Assembly (NCBI GenBank): GCA_905205195.1
Contig: CAJLCS010000001.1
Location: forward strand, 3,523-67,522
Length of the DNA stretch: 64,000 nt
Reading direction: 5' to 3'
Source: an uncultured Eubacteriales bacterium
Lineage (GTDB): Bacteria > Bacillota > Clostridia > Oscillospirales > Oscillospiraceae
Below the pieces are notes generated by a model, which was given only the letters and a program-made list of their open reading frames with translations, was not told the origin of the DNA and did not search any database. This document shows positions 9,947 to 21,695 of the stretch, piece by piece. Every line of letters begins with the position of its first letter. Position 1 is the first letter of the stretch. The position numbers and the translations under genes are program-made.

Positions 9947-10064
9947 ACTGCGGCCTCCTTTTTTGCTCAGTATAGCGGACGGGGGGACGCATGTCAAGAG
10001 AGCGCTTGCCGTTTTCGGCCTTTTGTGCTATGCTATAAGCAGGAAACGGAAAGGATGACCAAAA

Positions 10065-10865
10065 ATGTCTGTGATTGCCATTGTAACCGGCGGCAGCAGC
10101 GGCATCGGCCGGGAAACGGCGCTGGCGCTGGCTGCCAAGGGGTGTACCGTCTATGAATTTTCCCGGCACGACGCCGCCGTCCCCGGGGTGACCCATGTGG
10201 ACTGCGACGTGTCGGACGAGGCCCGGTTTGCCGCCGCCGTGGCGGAAGTGAAGGCGGCCGAGGGGCGGATTGACGTGCTGGTAAACAACGCGGGCTTCGG
10301 CATTTCCGGCGCGGCGGAGTTTACGAGCAACGAGGACGCCAAGCGGTTGCTGGATGTGAACCTGTTCGGCGTGGTCAACGGCTGTAAGGCGGTGATTCCC
10401 GTCATGCGGCAGCAGGGCGGGGGACGGATCGTGAATCTGAGCAGCGTGGCCGCCCCGGCGCCGATTCCGTTTCAGGCGTGGTACTCCGTCAGCAAGGCGG
10501 CCGTGAGCACCTACACCGCCGCCGTCCAGAACGAGGTGCGGCCCTTCGGCATCAGCATGGTGGCCGTCATGCCCGGCGATATCCGCACCGGCTTCACCGC
10601 CGCCCGGAAGAAATGCCCGGTGGGAGACGACGTCTACAGCGGCCGGATCGCTCGGAGCGTGGCCGTTATGGAGCATGACGAGCAGACCGGCATGGATCCG
10701 GCCAAGGCGGGGCGCTATATCGCGTCGCTGGCCCTGCGCCGCCGGGTCAAGCCGGAGTACGCCATCGGAGTTACCTACAAATTCCTCTCCCTTGTGGCCA
10801 AATACCTGCCCAGCCGCCCGAAAATCCGCCTGATCGGCGCACTTTACGGCGGAAAATCCAAATAA
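10065..10865 (+). CDS. SDR family oxidoreductase
   Basis: TGGSSGIG, NNAG, YSVSK catalytic motif. Confidence 0.92.
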   Translation: MSVIAIVTGGSSGIGRETALALAAKGCTVYEFSRHDAAVPGVTHVDCDVSDEARFAAAVAEVKAAEGRIDVLVNNAGFGISGAAEFTSNEDAKRLLDVNLFGVVNGCKAVIPVMRQQGGGRIVNLSSVAAPAPIPFQAWYSVSKAAVSTYTAAVQNEVRPFGISMVAVMPGDIRTGFTAARKKCPVGDDVYSGRIARSVAVMEHDEQTGMDPAKAGRYIASLALRRRVKPEYAIGVTYKFLSLVAKYLPSRPKIRLIGALYGGKSK

Positions 10866-10869
10866 AACG

Positions 10870-10911
10870 CCGTCCCCGCTGCATCAGTTTTGCAGCGGGG
10901 ACGGTATTTTT
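10870..10911. terminator. Terminator between convergent SDR and cupin genes
   Basis: CCGTCCCCGCTGCA / TGCAGCGGGGACGG stem plus TATTTTT. Confidence 0.75.
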
Positions 10912-10919
10912 GCGGTACC

Positions 10920-11243
10920 TTAGAACATGACGACCAGCAGCATCTTGAACCGGGCCTTGCCGTACACCGCATGGGGGTGGCCGGCGGGCATGACGATGGA
11001 GTCGCCTTCGTGAAGCTCGTAGGCCACGCCGTCGATGGTGACCTGGCCTACGCCGTCCAGGCAGGTGACAAAGGCATCGCCGCCAGACTTATGGCTGCTG
11101 ATTTCTTCGCCCTGATCGAAGGAGAACAGGGTGACGCTGACGGCGTCGTTCTGGGCCAGCGTCCGGCTGACCACCTGACCCTCCTGATAGGCAATCTGGT
11201 CCTTCAGCTTCAGGACCTCGGCTTTGGAAATGTTCTTCATCAT
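10920..11243 (-). CDS. Cupin domain protein
   Basis: GQVVSRTL, TLFSFDQGEEISSH, MPAGHPHAV small cupin pattern. Confidence 0.85.
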   Translation of the reverse strand: MMKNISKAEVLKLKDQIAYQEGQVVSRTLAQNDAVSVTLFSFDQGEEISSHKSGGDAFVTCLDGVGQVTIDGVAYELHEGDSIVMPAGHPHAVYGKARFKMLLVVMF

Positions 11244-11395
11244 TGATGGGTTCCTCCCTAAGGCAGTTTTTCACTCTGATGATCAGGATACCCCATTTTT
11301 GATAGCTTATCAGTTGGAATTCCAACAAAGATGCGCTTTTTGACGCGCTTGGCGCTCCCTCCGAGAGCGCTATCGCCGCAGGCAACTGAGAGGGC

Positions 11396-13309
<1,914 letters not shown>

Positions 13310-13519
13310 GATAGGACCTCCCTCTCATAGCTTGCTTTTCGATTACAGTATCATAGCATATTTTCTGCCGGGCTGCAATGAAGGATACGGGGATTTTCGG
13401 TAAATTTTCTGTTAATTCCGGCGGCGGGAAAAATACCAGTTGTGGCGGGCCGGAAAATCTGATATAATGACAGTGTCTGTAGAAAAAACGGACAGGACAA
13501 GGGATGGAGATGAAATTCG

Positions 13520-14335
13520 ATGAGGGAAAACCGCCCGAACGATCAAAGAAAACGGCGGCCGGCTCCGGCACCGGCGCCTGAAGAAAATGAAGGCCAGCTG
13601 GAGGGCCGCAATGCCCTGGCCGAAGCGCTGAAAAGCGGCCGCACCATCGACAAGGTGCTCATTGCCTCCGGCGAAATCGACCGGGGCTTGCAGCGCCTGG
13701 CGGCGGAGGCCAAGGAGGCCGGCGCCGTGGTGGTGCCGGTGGACCGGCGCAAGCTGGATGCCATGAGCCTGACCCATGCCCATCAGGGCGTGATTACGCT
13801 GGCGGCGGCCCACGCCTACAGCACCGTGGACGAAATGCTGGAGCTGGCCGCTTCCCGGGGGGAAGCGCCGCTGCTGGTGGTCTGCGACGAGCTGACCGAC
13901 CCCCACAATCTGGGCGCCATTCTGCGCAGCGCCGAGTGCGCCGGTGCCCACGGCGTCATTATTCCCAAGCGGCGCAGCGTGGGGCTGACGGCCGTGGTGG
14001 CCAAGGCCTCCGCCGGTGCGGTGGAATATATGAAGGTGGCCCGGGTGACCAACGTGACGGCCACGCTGCAGGAATTGAAGGACAAGGGCGTCTGGGTGTT
14101 CGGCACGGCGGCGGAAGGGTCGATTCCCATGTACCGGGCGGATCTCACCGGTCCGGCGGCCATCGTCATCGGCTCCGAGGGCGACGGCATGAGCCAGCTG
14201 GTGCGGAAAACCTGCGACGTCACCGTCCATATTCCGATGAGGGGGAAGATTTCTTCCCTGAATGCGTCGGCGGCAGCCACGGTGCTGCTGTATGAGGCGG
14301 TGCGCCAGCGTCTGACGGCGGAGGGCGGCCAATGA
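13520..14335 (+). CDS. rlmB: 23S rRNA (Gm2251) methyltransferase, TrmH/SpoU family
   Basis: EGRNAL, HQGV, DPHNLGAILRSAE, IGSEGDG, IPMRGKISSLNAS. Confidence 0.9.
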   Translation: MRENRPNDQRKRRPAPAPAPEENEGQLEGRNALAEALKSGRTIDKVLIASGEIDRGLQRLAAEAKEAGAVVVPVDRRKLDAMSLTHAHQGVITLAAAHAYSTVDEMLELAASRGEAPLLVVCDELTDPHNLGAILRSAECAGAHGVIIPKRRSVGLTAVVAKASAGAVEYMKVARVTNVTATLQELKDKGVWVFGTAAEGSIPMYRADLTGPAAIVIGSEGDGMSQLVRKTCDVTVHIPMRGKISSLNASAAATVLLYEAVRQRLTAEGGQ

Positions 14336-16434
14336 GAAAGAAAAAGAATCAGGCCCCGATTCCGGAGACCCCGGCTGCGCCGGTGACGCCGGAACCGGAG
14401 GAATTTACGCTGGAGGACATCCTCCGGGAATTCGGCGGCGGCACGGCGGTGGCCGCGCCCCCTGCGGAAGAGGAAAAGGAAGCACCGGCCGCGGAGGAAA
14501 CGGCGGCCGCGGCGGAGGAAACCGTGACGGAAGCGCCTGCGGAGGAACCTGCGCCGGAGGAAACGCCGGCCGAACCGCCCGTTTCCGAGGATACGGTGCG
14601 GCTGGACAATCTGGCGCAGGCCCACGCTCAGCCCCAGCCGGAGAAAACGCCCCAGGCCGGGGAACCGGCGGCGGAGGAGGAAGAAAAGCCCGATCCCTTC
14701 ACCGCCCAGTGGGAGCCGGAGTACGATCAGCCCATGGGCGAGTATGTGCCGCCGGAGCCGATCCGCTTCCGGCCCCGCAGCCGCCTGTCCGAGCTGAAGC
14801 ATCAGCTGGTGGAGGGTCCGGAAAAGCGGTACTATGCCCTCACCGAGCAGGGAACCGGGCGGCTTCAGCTGCTGATTTTCCTGAATTTCCTGCTGGTGCT
14901 GCTGGCTGTCGGCTCGACGGTGCTCTACGGCTTCGGCATGGTGGCGCCCAACCGGCAGAAGCTGCTGATTTTCGTGCAGGTGCTGGTGATGCTGCTGTCC
15001 GGTCTGGTGGGCAGCTACCGGCTCATCGGTGGCGCGGCGGATCTGGTGCTGCGGCGCAAGTTCACACTGGATACGCTGATGCTGATCACCTTCGCGGTGT
15101 GCTGCGCCGACGGCGTGGTGTGCCTGCTGCGGCAGAAAATGCCCTGCTGCGCGGCGTTCAGCCTGGAAATGCTCATGTGCCAGTGGGGCACCTATCACCG
15201 CCGGGTGACGGAAATCGGCCAGATGGATACCCTCCGCAAGGCCACCCGGCTGGACGGCATTGTGAAAATGCCGGACTATTATGAAGGAAAAAGCGCCTTC
15301 CTGCGCCGGGAGGGGCAGGTGGACGAATTTATGAACCACTATCGGGACGGCTCCCGGCAGGAGAAAACCCTGCGGATGTATGCTTTGATCGCCCTGCTGG
15401 CGGCGACGGCCATCGGCGTCACCGCCGGGGTTCTCCACGGGGTGGAGTTGGGCATCCGGGCGGCGGCGGCTGCGCTGCTGGCGGGGGTCCCGGCCTCCAT
15501 GTTCATCACGCTGACCCGCCCGGCGGCGGTGCTGGAGCATCGGCTCCACCGGCTGGGCACGGTGCTGTGCGGCTGGAATGCCGTCCGGGAGCTGAGCGGC
15601 CCGGCGGTGTACCCGGTGACGGATGAGGACCTGTTCCCCGCCGGGGAAATGAAGATGAACGGCGTGAAATTCTACGGCCAACGGGATCCCGACGAGGTGG
15701 TGGCCTACGCGGCGGCGCTGATCGGCGGCTGCGGCGGTGCGCTGGCGCCACTGTTTACCCAGCTGCTGGACAGCCGCAACGGCCGCCATTATGACCCGGA
15801 AAACCTGCGTTATTACGACAGCGGCGGCATCGGCGGCGAGGTCTGCGGCGAGCCGGTGCTGGTGGGTGCCCAGTCCTTCCTGTACGACATGGGCGTGGAA
15901 ATGCCGGAGGGCACCAAGGTCAATCAGGCGGTGTATGTGGCGGTGGACGGCCAGCTGTGCGGCGTGTTCGCCATCAGCTACGGCAAGACCCGGTCCGCCG
16001 CGGCGGGCCTGACCACGCTGTGCGCCTACCGGGGCCTGAATCCGCTGCTGCTGGCGGGGGATTTCATGCTCAGCGAGAGCTTCCTGACCGGGAAATTCGG
16101 CGTCAATGCCCGCCGGATCCTGTTCCCGTCCTACGAGCAGCGGGTGGCGCTGGCCCGGACCGTGCCGCCGGAGGACCTGCCGGCGCTGGCGCTGGTTACA
16201 GAGGAGGGGCTGGCTTCGTCGGCTTACGCAGTCACCGGTGCCCGGGCGCTGCGGAAGGCGGCATCCGCCGGAACGGCGGTACATCTGGCAGGCGGCATTC
16301 TGGGTCTGGCCATGATGCTGGTTCTGGCGGTTTTCGGCGCGGAGCAGCTGCTGACGCCGGTGAATCTGCTGCTGTACGAGCTGCTGTGGATGATTCCCGG
16401 GCTGCTGATCAGCCAGTGGACCCGCAGCGTCTGA
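14332..16434 (+). CDS. Membrane protein resembling a degenerate P1B-type ATPase, with an acidic Pro/Glu/Ala-rich N-terminus
   Basis: Multiple TM helices; GIGGEVCGEPVLVG and VYVAVDGQLCGVFAI resemble N/P-domain segments; DKTGT, TGE and GDGxND are absent; ATGA overlap with rlmB. Confidence 0.6.
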   Translation: MRKKKNQAPIPETPAAPVTPEPEEFTLEDILREFGGGTAVAAPPAEEEKEAPAAEETAAAAEETVTEAPAEEPAPEETPAEPPVSEDTVRLDNLAQAHAQPQPEKTPQAGEPAAEEEEKPDPFTAQWEPEYDQPMGEYVPPEPIRFRPRSRLSELKHQLVEGPEKRYYALTEQGTGRLQLLIFLNFLLVLLAVGSTVLYGFGMVAPNRQKLLIFVQVLVMLLSGLVGSYRLIGGAADLVLRRKFTLDTLMLITFAVCCADGVVCLLRQKMPCCAAFSLEMLMCQWGTYHRRVTEIGQMDTLRKATRLDGIVKMPDYYEGKSAFLRREGQVDEFMNHYRDGSRQEKTLRMYALIALLAATAIGVTAGVLHGVELGIRAAAAALLAGVPASMFITLTRPAAVLEHRLHRLGTVLCGWNAVRELSGPAVYPVTDEDLFPAGEMKMNGVKFYGQRDPDEVVAYAAALIGGCGGALAPLFTQLLDSRNGRHYDPENLRYYDSGGIGGEVCGEPVLVGAQSFLYDMGVEMPEGTKVNQAVYVAVDGQLCGVFAISYGKTRSAAAGLTTLCAYRGLNPLLLAGDFMLSESFLTGKFGVNARRILFPSYEQRVALARTVPPEDLPALALVTEEGLASSAYAVTGARALRKAASAGTAVHLAGGILGLAMMLVLAVFGAEQLLTPVNLLLYELLWMIPGLLISQWTRSV

Positions 16435-16450
16435 AATTTTCCATAAGAAG

Positions 16451-16490
16451 GGGCCTGCGGCCGGAGCGATCCGTGCCGCAGGCCCTTTTT
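16451..16490 (+). terminator. Rho-independent terminator
   Basis: GGGCCTGCGGC / GCCGCAGGCCC plus TTTTT. Confidence 0.75.
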
Positions 16491-16576
16491 GTCGGTCCCA
16501 TTCCGACTGCGTCCGCGCGAAAAAGACAGATGTTTATCTGAAAACAAGGATTTTTGCAAAATGACGAAAATGCCTA

Positions 16577-16605
16577 TTGAAATTCGCATCTCTTTCGTTT
16601 ATAAT
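16577..16605 (+). promoter_or_regulatory. SigA promoter for the EF-G paralogue
   Basis: TTGAAA-N17-TATAAT. Confidence 0.7.
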
Positions 16606-16674
16606 GTCTCTATGACGGTGCAAAACCGCAAGACCATTGGAGGGCATTCCTCCCCGAAAGGAGAAACATCAACC

Positions 16675-18741
16675 ATGTACACAGCAAACGCGATTCGTAA
16701 TATCTGCCTTCTTGGCCACAGCGGCAGCGGCAAGACTGCCCTGGTCGAGAGCTTACTTTACATGACCGGCGCCATCGACCGGATCGGTAAGAACGCGGAC
16801 GGAAATACCGTGTGTGACTATGACGCCGAAGAGATCCGCCGCCATATCTCCATTTCCGCCGCTGTTGCCCCGGTTGAGTACCGCAACTGCAAGATCAATA
16901 TTCTTGATACGCCGGGCGGCTTTGATTTCTCCGGCGCCACCATCGAGGCGCTGCGGGCAGCCGATGCGGCGGTGATCGTCTGCTCGGCCAAGGACGGCAT
17001 TACCGTCGGCTTTGAGAAGGCCTGGAACTACTGCGAAAAGCTGGGCATTCCCCGGTTTATCTATATTTCCAAGGTGGATGAGGACAATTCCGACTATAAC
17101 GCCACCTTCAGTGCCCTCCGGGAGCGCTACGGCAACAAAATCGCCCCGGTGGTGGTGCCCATCTGGAACGGTGCCAAGAAGGTCACCGGCATCATCGACG
17201 TGCTCAACAAGCGGGCCTACGAGATGCAGAACCTGAAGCGGGTCGAGGTGGAGGTGCCGGATGAAAAGCTCTCCGTGGTGGAGGAATACAACGACGCGCT
17301 GAAGGAATCCGTGGCGGAGACCGACGAGGAACTGATGAACCGGTTCTTTGAGGGCGAAAGCTTCACCTATGCCGAAATGATCAAGGGCCTGCATCAGGGC
17401 GTCACCGAGCTGAGTCTGTTCCCGGTGCTCTGCGGCTCCGGCGTGACCTGCCTGGGCAGCCTGATGCTGATGGACCACATCGTGGATATGCTCCCCAACC
17501 CCACCGAGGGTCGGCTGTATGACGTGGTCACCGCCGACGGCAAGGAAGAGGAGTTCGCGGCGGCCCCCGGCGGCGTGCCCGTGGCCTATGTGTTCAAGAC
17601 CGTGTCCGACCAGTACGGCAAATATTCCTATATTAAGGTGCTTTCCGGCGAAATCACCCCGGATACCAACCTGGTCAACGCCCGGACCGGCGCGGCGGAA
17701 AAGCTGGGCCGCCTGTATACCGTCTGCGGCAAGAAGACCTCGGAAGTGAAGGCCCTCGGCTGCGGCGACATCGGCGCCATCGGCAAAATGGACCGGGTCA
17801 AAACCGGCGATACTCTCTGCGACCCCCGGAAGGTGGTGTCCGTGCAGAGCATTCCCTATGCCGAACCCTGCTACTCCATGGCCATTGCCCCCAAGACCAA
17901 GGGCCAGGACGACAAGGTGGCGGCGGGCCTGAACCGGCTCAACGAGGAGGATCCCTCCTTCACGCTGGTTTCCAACCCCGAGACCAAGCAGATGGTCATT
18001 TCCGGCACCGGTGACCAGCATCTGGATGTGCTGGTGTCCAAGCTGAAGGGACGTTTCGGCGTGGATGCCGTGCTGTCCCCGGCGAAGGTGCCCTACCGGG
18101 AGCGGATCAAGAAAAAGGTGGAGGCCCACGGCCGTCACAAGAAGCAGACCGGCGGCTCCGGCCAGTTCGGCGACGTGTGGATTCGCTTTGAGCCTCAGGA
18201 AGAGCAGGACGACCTGATCTTTGCCGAGGAAGTGTTCGGCGGCTCGGTGCCGAAGAACTTCTATCCGGCGGTGGAAAAGGGCATTCAGGAAGCGGTGAAA
18301 AAAGGCCCGCTGGCTGGTTATCCCATGGTGAACCTGAAGGCGGTGCTGTACGACGGCTCCTACCATCCCGTGGACTCCAACGAAATGGCCTTTAAGATGG
18401 CCGCCATTCTGGCCTTCAAGGAAGGTATTCCCAATGCCAGCCCCACGCTGCTGGAGCCGATCGCATCCCTGAAGGTCACCGTCCCCTCCGACTACATGGG
18501 CGATGTCATCGGCGACCTGAATAAGCGCCGTGGCCGCGTCATGGGCATGAACCCGGACAACGAGGGCAACACCATCGTGGAAGCCGAGGTGCCCATGGCG
18601 GAGATGAGCAGCTACGCCATCGACCTGCGGGCCATGACCCAGGCCAGAGGCTCCTTCACCATGAAGTTCGAGCGCTACGAGGAAGTGCCCATGGCCAATC
18701 AGGCGCAAATCATCGCCGAAGCGAAGAACGACGAGGAATAA
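16675..18741 (+). CDS. fusA: Elongation factor G paralogue (EF-G2-like), stand-alone
   Basis: GHSGSGKT, DTPG, HKKQTGGSGQFG, DGSYHPVDS, LLEPI, GDVIGDLNKRRG; not in an rpsL-rpsG-tuf context; AAGGAG RBS before ATG 16675. Confidence 0.92.
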   Translation: MYTANAIRNICLLGHSGSGKTALVESLLYMTGAIDRIGKNADGNTVCDYDAEEIRRHISISAAVAPVEYRNCKINILDTPGGFDFSGATIEALRAADAAVIVCSAKDGITVGFEKAWNYCEKLGIPRFIYISKVDEDNSDYNATFSALRERYGNKIAPVVVPIWNGAKKVTGIIDVLNKRAYEMQNLKRVEVEVPDEKLSVVEEYNDALKESVAETDEELMNRFFEGESFTYAEMIKGLHQGVTELSLFPVLCGSGVTCLGSLMLMDHIVDMLPNPTEGRLYDVVTADGKEEEFAAAPGGVPVAYVFKTVSDQYGKYSYIKVLSGEITPDTNLVNARTGAAEKLGRLYTVCGKKTSEVKALGCGDIGAIGKMDRVKTGDTLCDPRKVVSVQSIPYAEPCYSMAIAPKTKGQDDKVAAGLNRLNEEDPSFTLVSNPETKQMVISGTGDQHLDVLVSKLKGRFGVDAVLSPAKVPYRERIKKKVEAHGRHKKQTGGSGQFGDVWIRFEPQEEQDDLIFAEEVFGGSVPKNFYPAVEKGIQEAVKKGPLAGYPMVNLKAVLYDGSYHPVDSNEMAFKMAAILAFKEGIPNASPTLLEPIASLKVTVPSDYMGDVIGDLNKRRGRVMGMNPDNEGNTIVEAEVPMAEMSSYAIDLRAMTQARGSFTMKFERYEEVPMANQAQIIAEAKNDEE

Positions 18742-18782
18742 TGCCCCCTCTGCGGCGCGGGAAATCTCCCGCGCCGCCAAAC

Positions 18783-18816
18783 AAAGCCCGCCGCAAAGAA
18801 CGCAGGCGGGCTTTTT
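18783..18816. terminator. Bidirectional terminator
   Basis: AAAGCCCGCC / GGCGGGCTTT stem between convergent genes. Confidence 0.7.
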
Positions 18817-18830
18817 CATGGCTTTTGGGG

Positions 18831-19628
18831 TTATTCCAGGTTCAGGTTCTTGCGGAGAATCAGCTCCGTCACGAAGAAATAAATCAGATTGCCGATCAGC
18901 ATGATCGCCAGCGAGATGCCCAGCGAGGCGTTGACCAGCTGCACCGGCGGGTGGGTGTCGAGATAGGCGAAAAGCACATCAAAATCGGTTGTGGTCAGAC
19001 GGCTGGCACCGATGGTGGAAAGGGTGGCGCTGACGGACCGGTAAACCACATTCAGCCCGTAGTAGAACAGCACCGCCAGGAGAATCCGATGCTTGCGGGC
19101 CAGATGGCCCACGGCGAGGGACATATAAATCTGCTGCAATCCGGCAGCCACGGAGGCAATGGTGGTCAGCACAAGCAGTACGACGGTGCCGGCGTTTATG
19201 GCGTCGGCGAAGTCCGGGGAAACGTACCGGATGAACTCCTGCACATCCGGGTTGGCGACCAGCAGAATCACCAGCGACAGCAGACTGACCAGCAGCGTGC
19301 CAAGCTCGCACAGCAGCGCCGTGAGCAGCTTGGACAGCAGCAGCTGCCAGGGCCGCACCGGCAGGGTGAACATCAGATACCCTTCCTCCCGCAGCAGGCC
19401 CCGGTAAAACCGGACGATGGCGATGATGAAGGCGGCTAGACCGGCGGCGAGCATGGCAAAGATATGAAGGATCAGCGTCAGCGAGGTGAGAAACTCCCAC
19501 AGATTCCCCTCCAGCGGCGAGAACAGGGCCAGCCGGTTCAGCAGGGCCAGGACCAGCAGGGTGGGCCAGACGAAGAGAAAGATGCGCAGGCTGGCCCGCA
19601 GGTCGTATTTCAGAAGCTTTCTCAGCAT
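18831..19628 (-). CDS. ABC exporter permease
   Basis: MLRKLLKYD, EGYLMFTLPV...LLLSKL, about six TM helices; overlaps the ATPase gene. Confidence 0.85.
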   Translation of the reverse strand: MLRKLLKYDLRASLRIFLFVWPTLLVLALLNRLALFSPLEGNLWEFLTSLTLILHIFAMLAAGLAAFIIAIVRFYRGLLREEGYLMFTLPVRPWQLLLSKLLTALLCELGTLLVSLLSLVILLVANPDVQEFIRYVSPDFADAINAGTVVLLVLTTIASVAAGLQQIYMSLAVGHLARKHRILLAVLFYYGLNVVYRSVSATLSTIGASRLTTTDFDVLFAYLDTHPPVQLVNASLGISLAIMLIGNLIYFFVTELILRKNLNLE

Positions 19629-20347
19629 GACCCGTCACCTCCCATGGGAATGGTCCGGAAGACGTCCCGGAACACCTCGTCGATGGATTTGCCCTCCCGC
19701 TGCCGGATGGCTTCGGCGGTATCCTGGCAGACGATCCGGCCCTGCCGCAGGAAAATCACGTCGTCCAGCACGGATTCGATGTCAGAAATCAGGTGGGTGG
19801 AGATCAGCACGGTGCTGTTGGGGGTGTGGTTGGCCAGAATGGTCTGCAAAATGAAGTCCCGGGCGGCGGGGTCCACCCCGGCGATGGGCTCGTCCAGCAG
19901 ATACAACTCGGCGGCCCGGCTCATGACCAGCAGAAGCTGGAGCTTTTCCTTGGTGCCCTTGGACATGGTTTTCACCCGGTCGGTGAGCCGGATGCCCAAC
20001 GTCCGGCACATGGATTCGGCCCGGTCCCGCCGGAAATCCTCGTAAAAATCGTCGAAAATGCTGATCAGATCCTTGGTTTTCATCCAGTCGGCGTAATACA
20101 TCCGGTCCGGAAGGTAGCTGACCACGGCTTTGGTGGCGGGGCCGACGGGATTCCCTGCGATGGAAACGGCACCTCCCGTGGGGCACAGCAGCCCGGCGAG
20201 GATTTTGATCAGCGTGGTCTTGCCGGAGCCGTTCGGCCCCAGAAGCCCCACAATCCGGCCCGGGGTGAGGGTGAGCGAGATGTGATCCAGCGCCGTCAGG
20301 GAACTGTAGCGCTTGGTCAGATCGCTGCAAATGACGAGTTCGTTCAT
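19622..20347 (-). CDS. ABC transporter ATP-binding protein
   Basis: GPNGSGKT, MSKG signature variant, LLDEP, STH. Confidence 0.92.
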   Translation of the reverse strand: MNELVICSDLTKRYSSLTALDHISLTLTPGRIVGLLGPNGSGKTTLIKILAGLLCPTGGAVSIAGNPVGPATKAVVSYLPDRMYYADWMKTKDLISIFDDFYEDFRRDRAESMCRTLGIRLTDRVKTMSKGTKEKLQLLLVMSRAAELYLLDEPIAGVDPAARDFILQTILANHTPNSTVLISTHLISDIESVLDDVIFLRQGRIVCQDTAEAIRQREGKSIDEVFRDVFRTIPMGGDGSC

Positions 20348-20401
20348 GCGGAGTCCTCCATTCATGACAGATTCGCGCGCGGAATAACAGGATTCATCTT
20401 T

Positions 20402-20430
20402 ATCTTATCGTTTCATACAAAAAATGTCAA
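20402..20430 (-). promoter_or_regulatory. SigA promoter for the ABC exporter
   Basis: Minus strand TTGACA-N17-TAAGAT. Confidence 0.6.
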
Positions 20431-20475
20431 GTATTTTCCCGGCGCAGGTCATGAAATGGCGGCAGTTTTCCGCGC

Positions 20476-21558
20476 TTACCCTTCGCCGCGGATGACGGCG
20501 GCCAGCCCGGGGGTAAGGATTCTGCGGGTATCGTCGTCCACCAGGCTGAACCGATTGCCGTCGTAAGGGGTGCTGAGATAATTCCAGACGCAGTAGGAAA
20601 TTCCGTTTTCCGTCAGGATGGCAATCATATCACGCATCCAGTTTTCCCGCCAGGCGGGGCAGATGTGCCGGATGGTGCCGAATTCCCCGCACCATAGGCA
20701 CTGCTGCGGGTGCTGCTGCCGGAATTCGATGGCCGGGCGGAGCACCTGCTCCAGATAGCGGCGGTCCATCCGCTCCAGCTCCGGATAGGCGCTGCTTTCG
20801 CCGCAAACGGTGGCCCGGAAGTCCCGATAGCGCTCAATCTCCCCGGGATAGGGCATTTCCCGGTTGTACAGGTGGGTGGAGGACACCAGAACGCCCCGCT
20901 GGTGGGTAAATTCGAAGGGTTCATACTGGTGGAAGGTGTAAACGACGTAGGGATCGTCGTATTGCCGCAGGAATCGGAGCGTTTTGGGGGAATTCCAGTC
21001 GGTGGAGCCGATGATGACCACGCGATCACTGTTTTCGGCCCGGAGGGCGGCCAACGTCTGCCCGGCCAGCCGGTTCCAGTCCTCCGGCGGTACGTCCCGG
21101 ACCTCGTTGAGCAGCTCAAAGGCGGCGTCGATGCCGTGATACCGCCGCTCGAAGGTCTGCCACAGGGCGATGAACCGTTCCTGCAGCGCTGCGTCCTCCA
21201 GAAGTGCCGGGCCGCGCTGCACATCGCAGTAATTGCCGACGGCCTTGTGCAGATTCAGCACCGGATACAGTCCGAATTCCCGGCACCATTCCAGAAAACG
21301 GTCGATGTGGGCAAAGGTCTCCTCCCGGTACTGCCCCGGGGCGGCTTCCAGCACGATCTGGTCAAAGCCAAGCCGGACATGATCCATGCCCAGCTCCGCC
21401 AGATAGGCAATGTCCTCCCGGGTGATGTAGGCGGCGAAATGCTCAAAGTCGCCGACGGTAAGCTCGAATTGCCGCGCCTCGGGCAGAACGTTGAAGCGCT
21501 TGTAGTTGGTCAGCCAGCCGCCGATGCCCATGCCGCGGCGGAGAGAAGAAAAATTCAT
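20476..21558 (-). CDS. Glycoside hydrolase family 5, cytoplasmic
   Basis: GMGIGGWL, GMDHVRL, FELLNE (acid/base), TFHQY, CGEFG (nucleophile); GGAGG RBS before ATG 21558. Confidence 0.88.
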   Translation of the reverse strand: MNFSSLRRGMGIGGWLTNYKRFNVLPEARQFELTVGDFEHFAAYITREDIAYLAELGMDHVRLGFDQIVLEAAPGQYREETFAHIDRFLEWCREFGLYPVLNLHKAVGNYCDVQRGPALLEDAALQERFIALWQTFERRYHGIDAAFELLNEVRDVPPEDWNRLAGQTLAALRAENSDRVVIIGSTDWNSPKTLRFLRQYDDPYVVYTFHQYEPFEFTHQRGVLVSSTHLYNREMPYPGEIERYRDFRATVCGESSAYPELERMDRRYLEQVLRPAIEFRQQHPQQCLWCGEFGTIRHICPAWRENWMRDMIAILTENGISYCVWNYLSTPYDGNRFSLVDDDTRRILTPGLAAVIRGEG

Positions 21559-21695
21559 GATGTGATCCTCCCGAAAATCAGAATGGCACCATGATACCAT
21601 AAAAGCGGGAAAGCGGAGGATACGGATCCGAGACGCTCTTACACAAAAGATAGATTTTTGATAAAATGGTGCTGCAAGCAAAGGAGGGGATCACC

